A stretch of DNA of 64,000 bases from Candidatus Hydrogenedentota bacterium (GTDB taxonomy: Bacteria; Hydrogenedentota; Hydrogenedentia; Hydrogenedentales; JAEUWI01): assembly GCA_034669905.1 (NCBI GenBank), contig JAXMOL010000031.1, positions 25,111-89,110 of the forward strand, written 5' to 3'. Each line of letters opens with the position of its first letter. The stretch's first letter is position 1. Made by a program: the position numbers and the translations under genes. Shown piece after piece: positions 1 through 8,937 of this stretch. The notes below the pieces were generated by a model, which ran no database searches, was not told where the DNA came from, and was given only the letters and a program-made list of their open reading frames with translations.

Positions 1-187
1 CGGGGTAGTGATCGATGACCACACCGGGCGGCGGAATCGGCAACTCAAGATCATCGGCGCAAATCGGCCACGAAAGCAGCGACAGACCACAAACGGAAAT
101 TATCGCTCCTAACAACGCCCTAACGAAAAGAGTTTGAATGAGGCCGCCGGAACTCTTGGGCGGATTTCTAGCGAAACAATGCTGCAT
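1..187 (-). CDS. 5' part of a secreted protein, possibly BNR/sialidase-like; runs off the window edge
   Basis: Manual translation from ATG at 187: MQHCFARNPPKSSGGLIQTLFVRALLGAIISVCGLSLLSWPICADDLELPIPPPGVVIDHYP. Signal-peptide-like, open to position 1, starts 1 nt after the AIPR stop. Family guess rests only on PPGVVIDH. Confidence 0.5.
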   Translation of the reverse strand, partial: MQHCFARNPPKSSGGLIQTLFVRALLGAIISVCGLSLLSWPICADDLELPIPPPGVVIDHYP

Positions 188-188
188 T

Positions 189-1844
189 CTAGGATTTTCG
201 ATTCACGTGCGCAGAGATCTTGGTCTTGGTCCTTGCCTCTTTAAAAAAGCGATTGAATGAAAAGGTCTCGTCTCGTTCTTGCTCCGCTTGGACAACTTCA
301 GAAACAGATTTCACTGCCGCCTTGAGCAAAGTCTTCACACTGTCAAAGTCTTGGGCGTTCATTTTCTTCTTTACACATATTTCGCTGATAGCATATAGCA
401 CGTGATAGGCCCCATCTACTAGAAAGAAATTCTTTTTGTTGAAATTCTCCTGCCTCCGTATGGACGCACGCACCTTTAGCTTCTCTGCTTCAACAATTTC
501 CAAGAGCCTGTATGCGACGAGTAGTTGCTCCGCAGTGATATCGTCAGAGAACACTTGGTCGTAGAGATCGGAGAACACCCGTCCGCGATCTTTTTTAGCT
601 ACCTCTGGCATGCCCAAACCATAAGCCAAGAACGCTTGCCCTGCGACCAGCGCGTCTATTCTTTCAGATCGGGGAAAATCCCTGAATTGCTTTGACTTTC
701 GCTCGTAGTGGAAGCCCATACTCATAAACGATTCCGCGAGCTTTTTTTGAACATCATCGTTCGAACGTAGGTCACGAGATTTAATCGGGGTTTGACTATT
801 TGTAGATTCCGCAATTGAAATGCCTACGGGCTTGGACTTCGTTTCGATGATCCTAACTAGAACAAGAACATCCTCCAGCTTATCAGATTCCTGTTGATTG
901 GCTTCGAACAAAGCATGGGAGGTCTGTCCACCATTAACGATTTGAACGTTTTCAAGCTCCACCGTGGGGGCTCTTTTGCCCGCTGGGAATGAAAAAGAGT
1001 CACATGTGATCGTGATCCCGTTGTTCAAGTACCAGAAGAGCACGTTCTGATCAGATAGCGCTGTCTCCATGATACGCCTGTTTATTCGATTCGTCCGATT
1101 TAGATAGACTCTGACATTATCATTGAAGATCTCTTCTCGCACCCGAGTAACATCGTCTGGATCAGTAATCAGTTCCACAATCTTAGACGCCTCGACCGTG
1201 CATATTAGCCCTCGCACATGACCGTCGCTGCGCTCAAAGTAGTTTCTGTCTACCACTAGCAGGCGGCTATCTATTTTTGGGGTCTTTTTTTCGACAAACA
1301 ACCGGGCTATCGTATCAATAGAGTGATGGTGAACGTTAAAATAGTTAAATTTGCCCAGTGCATTTTCGGCACGCGTCTTCTGCTCATCACACATTCCAGC
1401 AAGATTTCCGCAAAAGTGTACTTCTATACTCGGCTTTGGTCTTTCTAAAGCATCCCAAATTTCTTTCACTTTGTTCCAAAGAAGCGGGTTACAGTTGTCT
1501 TCCAGCGTCTTATCTTCATCCAAAACATCGGTAAAAAATGAAACCAATTTGTCAATCTCGTTGCTTGGAAAGTTCTTCTTTGTACCTAAAAATGTATTTA
1601 CATATTTGAACTGAAATACATGGATTGAATTGCTTCCATCTCTGTCATCGACAAATACCGCGTCTACCCCCCGATCATTGCCTCCATCTGTTATCGCGTC
1701 TTGTGCTTCCTCTTCACTCACATCTAAAATTGTCGCAACCATAAGCACCGAGAACGCCTTCTGAGGGGTATCTAGCCCCAAGTCGCGATCGACATAGCCC
1801 TTTACCTTCAAATGAAGAACATTCCAATCCAACTTATTAGCCAT
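189..1844 (-). CDS. AIPR family (abortive infection phage resistance) protein
   Basis: N-terminal DGGNDRGVDA and FQFKY motifs; AIPR core motifs NVRVYL, FWYLNNGITI, QIVNGGQT, TNSQTPI, DLRSND, YERK. ATG at 1844 has a GAGGTG RBS. Visibly AT-richer than its neighbours. Confidence 0.9.
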   Translation of the reverse strand: MANKLDWNVLHLKVKGYVDRDLGLDTPQKAFSVLMVATILDVSEEEAQDAITDGGNDRGVDAVFVDDRDGSNSIHVFQFKYVNTFLGTKKNFPSNEIDKLVSFFTDVLDEDKTLEDNCNPLLWNKVKEIWDALERPKPSIEVHFCGNLAGMCDEQKTRAENALGKFNYFNVHHHSIDTIARLFVEKKTPKIDSRLLVVDRNYFERSDGHVRGLICTVEASKIVELITDPDDVTRVREEIFNDNVRVYLNRTNRINRRIMETALSDQNVLFWYLNNGITITCDSFSFPAGKRAPTVELENVQIVNGGQTSHALFEANQQESDKLEDVLVLVRIIETKSKPVGISIAESTNSQTPIKSRDLRSNDDVQKKLAESFMSMGFHYERKSKQFRDFPRSERIDALVAGQAFLAYGLGMPEVAKKDRGRVFSDLYDQVFSDDITAEQLLVAYRLLEIVEAEKLKVRASIRRQENFNKKNFFLVDGAYHVLYAISEICVKKKMNAQDFDSVKTLLKAAVKSVSEVVQAEQERDETFSFNRFFKEARTKTKISAHVNRKS

Positions 1845-1922
1845 TCTTGCCACCTCAAAATTGTCTATTTTCTATTGAAAATTGTTCGCCTGTGAAAGCC
1901 CTAGCCAAAAGGCGGATCCAGG

Positions 1923-3143
1923 TCAGAATCCCAATTGCTCTTTCATCCAGCCCCGCACCGCCATCTGCGCCGCATCTACACTGCCGCCGCCCGCTTCAAT
2001 GAGCACGAAGTCCTGGGCGCGGATGAGGCGCTTCTGCCATTCGTCCCGGGTCGCGTCTTCCCCTTCGAGGGAAGCGGCGAGGGAGGGCGGCACGGCGACC
2101 ACATCCCATTCCTGAAAGCCGAAGCTGAGGGAATAACTCAGTATCCAGCCGAATTCGTGAAGGAAGGCTTCGGGGCTCTCGGAGGTGGCGCTCGCGGGCA
2201 CGGCGATGAAGACCAGGTTGTATTTCTTGTCGCGGACACCTTTGGCGGCCGTCTCAATTTCCGCGATGCTTTGGCCTTCCACAATCCACGGCACCATGGT
2301 CACCGGAGAATCAGGCGCCAAATCGGTGAGCAGCTCGTTGATAATGGTGTCGTAGGGCGGCATGGCGAGTATCTTGAGGGGTTGCTTGGTGGCGATGCGG
2401 TCTCGGGTGTGAAACAAGGCCTGCCGGGGCGCAGGCACGTAAGCAAGCTCAATATCCTTGCCCGTCGCCGTCGTGACGATAGTCTCCGCGATTTGTTTGT
2501 GGCCCCCCATGTTGGGGTGAATTTCATCGCTCATGAGCATGGCCCATTCAAAGGAACTCTCGGCGCGTACCGCCTCGAAGGCCCCGTAACAATCGGCCAG
2601 GGGGGCCTTCATCTCGGCGGCTACCTCGCGCACGACGGCGACATAGGTCAACAAGGTCTCGGTCGGACGGCTCGGCGTATCGGTGACGTTGTTGGGCGTA
2701 CACAACATGACCTCGGCCCCGACAGCCCGGCACTTTTCGACAATCGTCTTGAGGTTGGCGCGGTAGTCGTCCAACGGTACGCGCGTCATGTCGTTGAGGC
2801 CAAACATGACCGTTACCAGGTCGGGCCTCCGGGCAATCACATCCTTATCGATTCGGGCCAGGGCATTCACCGTGGTGTGGCCGCTGATACCCGCATTCAT
2901 GGCAGTGATGTCCGACTCGGGCCAGGCCATCTCAAGGCCGATTTCGACCATGTCGGTGTAGGCCCGCTGACCACCCGTGTGGTAATAGACGCCCGTGACG
3001 CTGTCGCCGAAGCAAACGACATTGACGGGCTCGTTGGCCGCTATCTTCGCCGCAAGTTTGGGAAAGGCCGCCTCGGCGTGGGCGAAGGTGGTGAATGATA
3101 GGACATAAAGGACGGAAAGGACATATGGGACGTATTTTTTCAT
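1923..3143 (-). CDS. Secreted SGNH/GDSL hydrolase with C-terminal extension
   Basis: FGDSVT, NAGISG, FGLND and DEIHPN blocks; signal peptide MKKYVPYVLSVLYVLSFTTFAHA. Confidence 0.85.
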   Translation of the reverse strand: MKKYVPYVLSVLYVLSFTTFAHAEAAFPKLAAKIAANEPVNVVCFGDSVTGVYYHTGGQRAYTDMVEIGLEMAWPESDITAMNAGISGHTTVNALARIDKDVIARRPDLVTVMFGLNDMTRVPLDDYRANLKTIVEKCRAVGAEVMLCTPNNVTDTPSRPTETLLTYVAVVREVAAEMKAPLADCYGAFEAVRAESSFEWAMLMSDEIHPNMGGHKQIAETIVTTATGKDIELAYVPAPRQALFHTRDRIATKQPLKILAMPPYDTIINELLTDLAPDSPVTMVPWIVEGQSIAEIETAAKGVRDKKYNLVFIAVPASATSESPEAFLHEFGWILSYSLSFGFQEWDVVAVPPSLAASLEGEDATRDEWQKRLIRAQDFVLIEAGGGSVDAAQMAVRGWMKEQLGF

Positions 3144-3202
3144 GTCGTGCTGATCTTTCTGTATATCGCTTGGACACCGCCTCAGCGGCATCCGGTGATG
3201 TC

Positions 3203-3377
3203 GGGTGCCACCCTCAAACGGAGGAGCGCAGCGGGGGAAGTTTGTGGGTGCGCTGGCTTCACGCCTGAAACCGTGCTACGTTGTTTTTATGTTGTGGTCG
3301 AGAGGTGTCTCCGTTCCCGTACAGTCTTATCACCCACAAGCGGGCCGGCTTAGCCGCCCCGCTTGAGGGTGGCACCC
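3203..3377. repeat. REP doublet (REPIN-like), GGGTGCCACCCTCAA...TTGAGGGTGGCACCC family
   Basis: Inverted termini GGGTGCCACCCTCAA (3203) and TTGAGGGTGGCACCC (ends 3377); each arm is itself a hairpin; sister copy at 55357-55503. Confidence 0.75.
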
Positions 3378-3433
3378 ATGGTTTCGCTTTTTGGCCAAGT
3401 CGCCATTGAGCAAGCGCCATTCGGACAGGCCCT

Positions 3434-6265
3434 CTACTCGGCCGTCCCGGGATACCACATGGACATGGGGTCGGGACCGTCGCCTGTGTCGATGATGTCC
3501 ACCACTTCCAGGGTCTCCGTATCCACCACATGCAGTCCATCGAGATTCTCGCAACCCACGTAGGCGAATTTCTCATCGGGACTCAGCTCGACACCAATCG
3601 CCAGGGCTCCCACCTTCACCCGCTTAATCTCTTTGCGGTTGGGCACGTCGAGGACAATCAACACGCCCTCCTGCGTCCAGCTGGGAATGTAGGCGCGTTG
3701 TCCATCTTTGGTGAACTTTATGCGGACCGGCATGCCGGGCAGGTCGAAGCGTTCCACCACCGTGTGGGTGGCGAGGTCGATGATGGACATGGATTCGCCG
3801 GACTGATTGGCAACCCAGAGCTGCTTCCCATCAGGAGTAAAGGCCATGCCCTCGGCACCCTCTTCGCAGGGAATCTGGGTAATCAGCTCGCCCGACTTGC
3901 GGTCGATGACGGACACATTCTCACTCGTGATATTGGCCGTATAGAGCCGTTTGTTGTCGTTGGACACCAACACCATGTGGCTAATCTTCCCGTGGGTGGG
4001 AATGGCCCGGGTCATTTCGTGGGTCGCCGTATCGACTTCCACCACCCAGCCCGTCTGCCCCGCCGTGAAATAGGCGTTCTTCCCGTCGGGTGCCATGGTG
4101 GCCCCGTGGATGCGGGTGTGCTCACCCGTCATAATCTGCTTGATGTGTTTCCGCGCGACCAGGTCCACCACCGAAATGGAGTTGCCCGGCGCCGCATAGT
4201 TGGAGAGGTACATGAAGCGCTGGTCGGGCGTGATGGTCAGTTCATGGGGATTGTGGCCCACGGTGATGGTCTGCTCCACCTCCAGGGTCTTCGGGTCAAT
4301 ATAGCTGACCGTGTCGCTGTGCTTGTTCGCCACGATGAGCATGGGCTTGGCCACGCGGGAGGCGGGACCACCCAGCTCGGGGAATAGGGAAAAGTCGGGC
4401 TCCACACCGCGCTCACGGGAGGTGAAGAAATTGAACATCATGATACCGTCGACACCGTCGGTCCAGAGCTTCTTCGCAATCTTGCGGTAGGCATCTGCTT
4501 CTTTCTCCACTTCGATGGAGGCGTACATAGGCAACGTATCCGGGAAAAGACCACGGTACTCGGCCACGGGCAGGTCAAAGTTGTTGTGGAGGTAGTGGGA
4601 AATGGTCACACTATCGAGCAGGCCGTCTTTCGCCCATTGGACGGGGTCCAGACCAATCCCCAGGTTCTCTTCCGGCCTGGCCATGACCCGCGCGGTCAGA
4701 TGAATGGGTGCGCCGCGCTTTTCCCCCACTTCCTTCGTCATGGCGCGCACTTCCGCCATCCAGGCATTCATGGTGGCGATGTTTTCTTTTTCCTTGCCAA
4801 AGGGGAAGTAAACCGGGAAGCGCTGAAAGTCGATATCAAGGCCATCGATGGGATAGCGCTCGCAGATTTCGCGCAACTGGGCCAGCTTCCGCGCCCGCAC
4901 TTCCGGCACGGCAAAATTCAGTCCACCCGGCAACCAGGCCGCCACCACGGGACTGGTCCGGGGTCCGAGGATGTCGAGGTAATTCTGGGGCACCTCATCC
5001 CCCATGGTGGCCACCCGCCACTCGGGGTGTTCCAGCCAGAACTCGGAGAGGAGCATGTTGGCGGGCTTCTCCACCCAGTGCACTTCATTCAACCGGAAGC
5101 TGACAAAAGCCTCCAGCCCTTTTTCTTTCGCCCGGTCAATCATGAGGCCGAGGGGATCGTGCCCCGCCTCAATGAGGCCCCGCAGATTGGCCACGGTCCG
5201 TTCCTGGGATTTCTCCGGCGTGTTCTCCCGGTCGGCGATGCGCTCCGCTTCTTCCGGGTTCGGGTGGCTGCCATAAAGGGCGCAGTGTTCACCCTGAAAG
5301 TTGAAGTCCATGCCGACGTGGGGCGACACGCTGAAGGTCGTTATGCCCGTGTCCGCCACTTCGTCCACATAGCTGTAGACATCTTCCGGCGTCATGGGGT
5401 AGCCCTTGTAGATGAGCCAGTTGTTGCCATCCGTGTTGTAAATGAAACGCTTTTCCCGCCCCGTGTCGACAGCCGCCTGTTTTTCTTCCAGCGACGTTAA
5501 CACCACCTTGCGGACGAAGAGCTCGGCCCCTTCCGATTGAATCTGGAGGCGTCCCTTCGTCGGCTTGCAGTCCAGGGCGCGATTGACCACCACGCCGTTG
5601 AGCAACACCGTAATCTTGCTGCCGTCGGCGATGACCTCAAGACGGTTCCACTCGCCCAGGGGCTTTTCGACATCCTGGGCACCACGGAAGTCTTTGACGT
5701 CGGCCCAGTCAGGGTCACGGCCCCACCAGTTGATACGGCCACTGTTCATGGTGAAGGGCTCGCCGTCCGGACTGAATACCGGCGTTTTCCCGTGCCTCTC
5801 TTCCGCGACCGGCGCGGTGATTTCGTAGGTGGGCGACTTGTCCCCCACCACGAGAAGGTCACCGGTGCCGCCTTCAATCATCTGCACCTCGAGGCAATAC
5901 ATCCACGTATCGTTATAGCCGCCATCCTCGCCAAAGGAGTGAATCAAGAGGCCCGAATCCCGCGCGCGATCGGCACGGGAACCGTAGGTGATCTCACCCC
6001 ACTTGAACTCCATCAGCAGGTGGTAATCAGCGTATTCTTCCTTCGACGTGACACAGCCCCACTCTTCGCCCGAGATGCGGAGCACGCCCTCGTCCATGGT
6101 GAACACGTTCTTCGGATCGACATCTCTGCCCCGGCCCTGAAGCCACGTGTACCAATGGTCGAGACTCCCGTTCTCCAGGAGGTCGACGGTGGCGGGCGCG
6201 CTCATGGCGGGCAAGGCACCGAGCAGGAGTAGGGCAGAAAGCATGGATAGCAGCAACTTTTTCAT
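3434..6265 (-). CDS. Secreted three-domain protein: DUF1080 (3-keto-disaccharide hydrolase-like) + GHL10-like TIM-barrel glycoside hydrolase + YVTN/YncE beta-propeller
   Basis: Signal peptide MKKLLLS; DUF1080 motifs DSGLLIH, EVQMIEG, GEWN, IQSEGAE; central FIYNTDG, SFRLNE, LNFAVPEVR, DGLDIDFQR; C-terminal repeats with P-DG-x-x-Y-V-x-N character. Confidence 0.75.
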   Translation of the reverse strand: MKKLLLSMLSALLLLGALPAMSAPATVDLLENGSLDHWYTWLQGRGRDVDPKNVFTMDEGVLRISGEEWGCVTSKEEYADYHLLMEFKWGEITYGSRADRARDSGLLIHSFGEDGGYNDTWMYCLEVQMIEGGTGDLLVVGDKSPTYEITAPVAEERHGKTPVFSPDGEPFTMNSGRINWWGRDPDWADVKDFRGAQDVEKPLGEWNRLEVIADGSKITVLLNGVVVNRALDCKPTKGRLQIQSEGAELFVRKVVLTSLEEKQAAVDTGREKRFIYNTDGNNWLIYKGYPMTPEDVYSYVDEVADTGITTFSVSPHVGMDFNFQGEHCALYGSHPNPEEAERIADRENTPEKSQERTVANLRGLIEAGHDPLGLMIDRAKEKGLEAFVSFRLNEVHWVEKPANMLLSEFWLEHPEWRVATMGDEVPQNYLDILGPRTSPVVAAWLPGGLNFAVPEVRARKLAQLREICERYPIDGLDIDFQRFPVYFPFGKEKENIATMNAWMAEVRAMTKEVGEKRGAPIHLTARVMARPEENLGIGLDPVQWAKDGLLDSVTISHYLHNNFDLPVAEYRGLFPDTLPMYASIEVEKEADAYRKIAKKLWTDGVDGIMMFNFFTSRERGVEPDFSLFPELGGPASRVAKPMLIVANKHSDTVSYIDPKTLEVEQTITVGHNPHELTITPDQRFMYLSNYAAPGNSISVVDLVARKHIKQIMTGEHTRIHGATMAPDGKNAYFTAGQTGWVVEVDTATHEMTRAIPTHGKISHMVLVSNDNKRLYTANITSENVSVIDRKSGELITQIPCEEGAEGMAFTPDGKQLWVANQSGESMSIIDLATHTVVERFDLPGMPVRIKFTKDGQRAYIPSWTQEGVLIVLDVPNRKEIKRVKVGALAIGVELSPDEKFAYVGCENLDGLHVVDTETLEVVDIIDTGDGPDPMSMWYPGTAE

Positions 6266-6317
6266 CGTCATAGTACCGATCTGGTTAAATTGCAATGATG
6301 TCCCAATGTCGCCGCGT

Positions 6318-7115
6318 CTATTTCTTCTGCGACGCGGACAAGGGGCTGAGTTTCACGGTGCGCACGAAGAGCTCGGCCCCTTCCGACTGAATCTGGAGCC
6401 GGCCCTTGGTGGGTTTACAATCCAGGGCTGCGTTCACGACCACACCATTCAAGAGCACGGTAATTTTTCCCCCATCGGCGATGACTTCCAGCAGGTTCCA
6501 TTCACCCACGGGCTTTTCGACGTCCTGGGCACCGCGAAAATCCTTGGTGTCCGTCCAGGCAGCGTCACGGCCCCACCAGTTGATACGGCCACTGTTCATC
6601 GTGATGGGCTCACCATCGGCCTGGTACACCGGGGAATTCCCCTGTTTCTCTTTGGCCACAGGCGCCGTAATTTCGTAGGTAGGGGATTTGTCGCCCACGA
6701 CCAACAGGTCGCCGGTGCCGCCCTCAATCATCTGTACTTCCAGGCAATACATCCACGTGCCGCTATAGCCACCGTCTTCGCCAAAGGAATGAATGAGCAG
6801 GCCCGAATCCCGCGCGCGGTCTTTCCGGCTACCGTGGGTAATTTCGCCCCACTTGAATTCCATGGTCAGGTGATAATCGGAATATTCTTCCTGCGACGTA
6901 ACACAACCCCACTCCTCACCAGAAATACGGAGGATGCCGTCTTCCATGGTGAAGACGTTCTTGGGGTCGATGTCTTTGCCCCGCCCCTTCACCCAGGTAT
7001 ACCAGTGGTCGAGTTTCCCCCCTTCCAGCAGGTCAATGGGTTCGGTGACCGTCTGCGCTGGGGCAGTAAAGCAAAGGGGGGTTAAGAGCATGGACAATGC
7101 AAGCAAGGTTCTCAT
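6318..7115 (-). CDS. Secreted DUF1080 protein, paralog of the N-terminal domain of the downstream gene
   Basis: Signal peptide MRTLLALSMLL; about 85% identical (manual count, about 34 differences over about 227 aa) to the first domain of 3434-6265. Confidence 0.85.
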   Translation of the reverse strand: MRTLLALSMLLTPLCFTAPAQTVTEPIDLLEGGKLDHWYTWVKGRGKDIDPKNVFTMEDGILRISGEEWGCVTSQEEYSDYHLTMEFKWGEITHGSRKDRARDSGLLIHSFGEDGGYSGTWMYCLEVQMIEGGTGDLLVVGDKSPTYEITAPVAKEKQGNSPVYQADGEPITMNSGRINWWGRDAAWTDTKDFRGAQDVEKPVGEWNLLEVIADGGKITVLLNGVVVNAALDCKPTKGRLQIQSEGAELFVRTVKLSPLSASQKK

Positions 7116-7172
7116 AATAGCTACCTGTTGGTTGAATCTGTGAAAAGTAAAACGCACCAATGCGTTGAAGAC

Positions 7173-8489
7173 TTACCCTAAGGGACCGTATTGGGATTCG
7201 GCAAATTCAAGCAGCCCACAGGCCGCCAGTTTTTCAAGAGGAACGAGGCAAGTCACTTGGACCACCCCCGGGTGACGTCCGATTTCGATACCGCCGTTGA
7301 TGGTCGCGCGGTTTTTCACTTCCGCCACCGACATATCGAGCAGTGCGGCCGCCCGTTCAAGTCCGTTGTCCGTAGCGGCGTTCAGGTCCGCGCCAGTGCC
7401 GACCACGGAAATAGGTGCCGTCTCTTCGATGGCATCAAGTCCATAGCTCTTGGCCAGTGCCAACGCCTTTGCACGTTCCCGGGCGGTGAAGGGCTTGGCG
7501 AGAAAGGGCAAATCTTCGGCGACCGGGAAGAGCACGGGGCCATCAATCCCCAGGCCTTTCAGCACATGAACCTGGAGAGTCACCGTGCCCGACACGTCGC
7601 AGGTATGGCCCGCAATTTCGCCGTCACCCTGAAGGGCGTGCATATCCCCCATATAGATGCCACCGCCCGGCACTTTCACCGGACAAATCAGGATAGCGCC
7701 CGCACGAACGGCGTCGATATCCATGTGCCCATCCGTGCGGTGAACAAGTTGTTCTTCCGTAATGGCCAGGTCGTGGGGCGCGCCAATGAGAAACTGGCCG
7801 AAGTCCCCGGCGTTATGGCTGTCGGGAAAGGGAATGGAGGGCGTCGTGCCGAGTTGCCCCATGAAAGGACGGAGCCGTGCCATCATCCCCACCAGGTCGT
7901 GTTGGGCCAGGGTGAGCACCGAGTTCTGCACGGAATTCACCGGCATGGCTGCGTAGCGTTTGGCATCCCGCGCAATCTTCTCGGCAGCATCTTCCGTCAG
8001 GGTCACGCCCACTTCGTGGTTTTCATCAAAGGCGATGGTGTAGCCGTTGCCGATGGTGAAGGGCGTTGTTTCCGCGCCGCAGTGGGCGCATTGAATCGCG
8101 CCACAGCCCGTGCCCACCAGTTTCGTTTCGGGGTTGAGGGTGCCACATTCGGGACAGCGGGGTGCCACGAAGGGGTCGCCGTCAAAGCGGCCCGCCATGG
8201 CCACATCGGTGCCGGAAGCGGTCGCCATGGACGTGACGGTGATGTCCCGGATAACAATCGCGATGGCATCCCCCACTTCGGCCCCTTCGACCGCCACGGG
8301 AATGGTCACTTCGTGACCGCCACGGAGGCAGGGCGTCAGCATGGGCCCCCAGCATCCCGGTGCCGTGTTGGCCACAATATGGCCTCCATCCCGCACCGGC
8401 CCCAACATGGGTTTCGCCGGGTCCAGGACGCCGTCGGTGTATTGATCGACGAGCACGGTTTCGCGGGCAGTCTCAGGAGGTGTGGTCAT
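7173..8489 (-). CDS. Acetamidase/formamidase family protein
   Basis: GGHEVTIPVAVEGAEVGD, DGHMD and GDMHALQGDGEI motifs; inserted CPEC/CAHC zinc-ribbon-like pair. Confidence 0.85.
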   Translation of the reverse strand: MTTPPETARETVLVDQYTDGVLDPAKPMLGPVRDGGHIVANTAPGCWGPMLTPCLRGGHEVTIPVAVEGAEVGDAIAIVIRDITVTSMATASGTDVAMAGRFDGDPFVAPRCPECGTLNPETKLVGTGCGAIQCAHCGAETTPFTIGNGYTIAFDENHEVGVTLTEDAAEKIARDAKRYAAMPVNSVQNSVLTLAQHDLVGMMARLRPFMGQLGTTPSIPFPDSHNAGDFGQFLIGAPHDLAITEEQLVHRTDGHMDIDAVRAGAILICPVKVPGGGIYMGDMHALQGDGEIAGHTCDVSGTVTLQVHVLKGLGIDGPVLFPVAEDLPFLAKPFTARERAKALALAKSYGLDAIEETAPISVVGTGADLNAATDNGLERAAALLDMSVAEVKNRATINGGIEIGRHPGVVQVTCLVPLEKLAACGLLEFAESQYGPLG

Positions 8490-8610
8490 GATAATGCGCC
8501 TTTATCTGGTTAACACCCAAGTTGTTATAACCAATTATAGGAGCCAGGTAGCCGGAAATCAACGGATTAGAATCGAAGCACAAAGTCGGGCCAGCGTGTG
8601 GAGGATCTAT

Positions 8611-8935
8611 TTAACCTCAAAGAACGCAGAAAGCACAAAAAAGTGCAGGCCTCACGACAAGATGAAATTATCGGGGACAAGAACTGTTGAACCACGAATA
8701 GACACGAATTTACACGAATTGAACGAAGACCTTGAGCCTCAACGCAGGCAAGGAGTGCCAACCGCTGTCGCTACCACACATAGTTAGACGGACTACCGAA
8801 GTCGCCGCCGTCACCCACGGCATGGGCAAGGTGCTCGCGTACAGTCATCCTTTGTGCTCTTTGCGTTCTTTGTGGTTAGAAAATTCTTTCCAACGATATT
8901 CGTTCGTGTTAATTCGTGTCCATTCGTGGTTCAAA
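8611..8935. repeat. Two interleaved pairs of 9-bp-periodic inverted repeats (type usually seen flanking GxxExxY genes)
   Basis: A (8611, TTAACCTCAAAGAACGCAGAAAGCACAAA) pairs with A' (8851-8879); B (8687, TTGAACCACGAATAGACACGAATTTACACGAA) pairs with B' (8898-8934). Confidence 0.75.
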
Positions 8936-8937
8936 TC

